A stretch of DNA of 15,563 nt from Bdellovibrionota bacterium (lineage in GTDB: Bacteria > Bdellovibrionota_C > UBA2361), in assembly GCA_044352465.1 (NCBI GenBank), contig JBILDU010000073.1, forward strand, positions 1-15,563. The letters run 5' to 3'. Shown one piece after another: positions 14,903 to 15,563 of this stretch. The position numbers were made by a program, and so were the translations under genes. The stretch's first letter is position 1. Every line of letters starts with the position of its first letter. Under the pieces are notes generated by a model. The model ran no database searches and was not told where the DNA came from. It was given only the letters and a program-made list of their open reading frames with translations.

Positions 14903-15563
14903 ATGGTTGTTTTTCTCGTTCGTCGTATATTCGCAGCGGGTATCTTCTGCCTTGTTTGCGCAGCAACACCAGCACACGCTCAAGTTGCCGAACTAAAGGT
15001 GGCGCCGTGGTGGTATTTCCAAGAGCAGATTGAAGATTTCTTCGCTGGTGCTACTCAGCAGGGTCCCGGTAGTGGGCCGTCAAGTACCGAGGGAGATCCC
15101 CCCCCCGCGACCGAAACCGAAACGGAATGGATCGTTAAGATATGCGGCATTACGAATCCATTAAATAGCGGGAAGACGGTCTGCATTACACTCCGGATCA
15201 ATAAAACGACCGGGAACGTTCGAATCACTGTCGACGACCTAATACCGCTTCCACTCACCTACCATATCCGGTGCGCGGAAGACGGAAAGTGCACAATCAT
15301 CGACGATTTCCCTCCTCTATTTCGAACAACGTTCTGCGAGATCAAGCGAGATGAGAGCGGCGCAGTTCACTACGTGTGCCGCTTCAACTATCTCGGGCTC
15401 TCGATGGACACTACTATCAAGATCTATATCGAAAATGGAAATCTGTGCTTCCATGTACCGCCCAGCGCTCCGGAATGTCGTCCATTTGAGGATCTTGCAG
15501 ATTGGATCAAGGCGATCTGGAGAGACGTACAGCCACTCTGGCTACCGCCTTCTCCATCTAAGC
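14903..15563 (+). CDS. Secreted cysteine-rich hypothetical protein (3' end outside window; absent from ORF track)
   Basis: Hand translation from ATG 14903 is open for 220 codons: MVVFLVRRIFAAGIFCLVCAATPAHA|QVAELK... with an AHA signal peptidase I site, a G/P/S/T linker and eight further Cys; GGGGG RBS-like run at 14894-14898. Confidence 0.85.
   Translation, partial: MVVFLVRRIFAAGIFCLVCAATPAHAQVAELKVAPWWYFQEQIEDFFAGATQQGPGSGPSSTEGDPPPATETETEWIVKICGITNPLNSGKTVCITLRINKTTGNVRITVDDLIPLPLTYHIRCAEDGKCTIIDDFPPLFRTTFCEIKRDESGAVHYVCRFNYLGLSMDTTIKIYIENGNLCFHVPPSAPECRPFEDLADWIKAIWRDVQPLWLPPSPSK

Noticed and set aside
14833..15258. ORFs 14833..15033 (+) and 15055..15258 (-)
   Set aside because: Explained by the longer signal-peptide-bearing frame starting at 14903.
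1..15563. CRISPR array, tRNA/rRNA, prophage or defence genes, intein in polA
   Set aside because: No spaced direct repeats, cloverleaf motifs, phage or defence signatures seen; polA is a normal 917 aa with contiguous motifs.

Overview
GC-rich bacterial chromosomal segment of mostly housekeeping genes. The gene families look deltaproteobacteria/Bdellovibrionota-like, but taxonomy cannot be established from this window. In order: 3' part of alanine dehydrogenase (+); a convergent minCDE operon (-); a pgpA, zinc aminopeptidase-like lipoprotein and pyrF cluster (+); a 77-aa orphan ORF between two perfect hairpins; an RNase II/RNB exoribonuclease (+); a small acidic ORF (-); a minus-strand run of soluble RsrA-like ZAS protein, polA, ECF sigma, membrane anti-sigma and an exported protein; and a secreted cysteine-paired protein running off the right edge that the ORF track does not list. 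No rRNA, tRNA, CRISPR array or mobile element was recognised. Best leads, all untested: (1) an ECF sigma that may have two anti-sigmas, a zinc-less membrane one and an intact RsrA-like one on the far side of polA; (2) a two-state, RBS-sequestering leader ahead of the secreted protein; (3) a 13-nt complementarity between the ECF operon 3' region and the minE start region. Promoter and RNA-structure calls are by eye.
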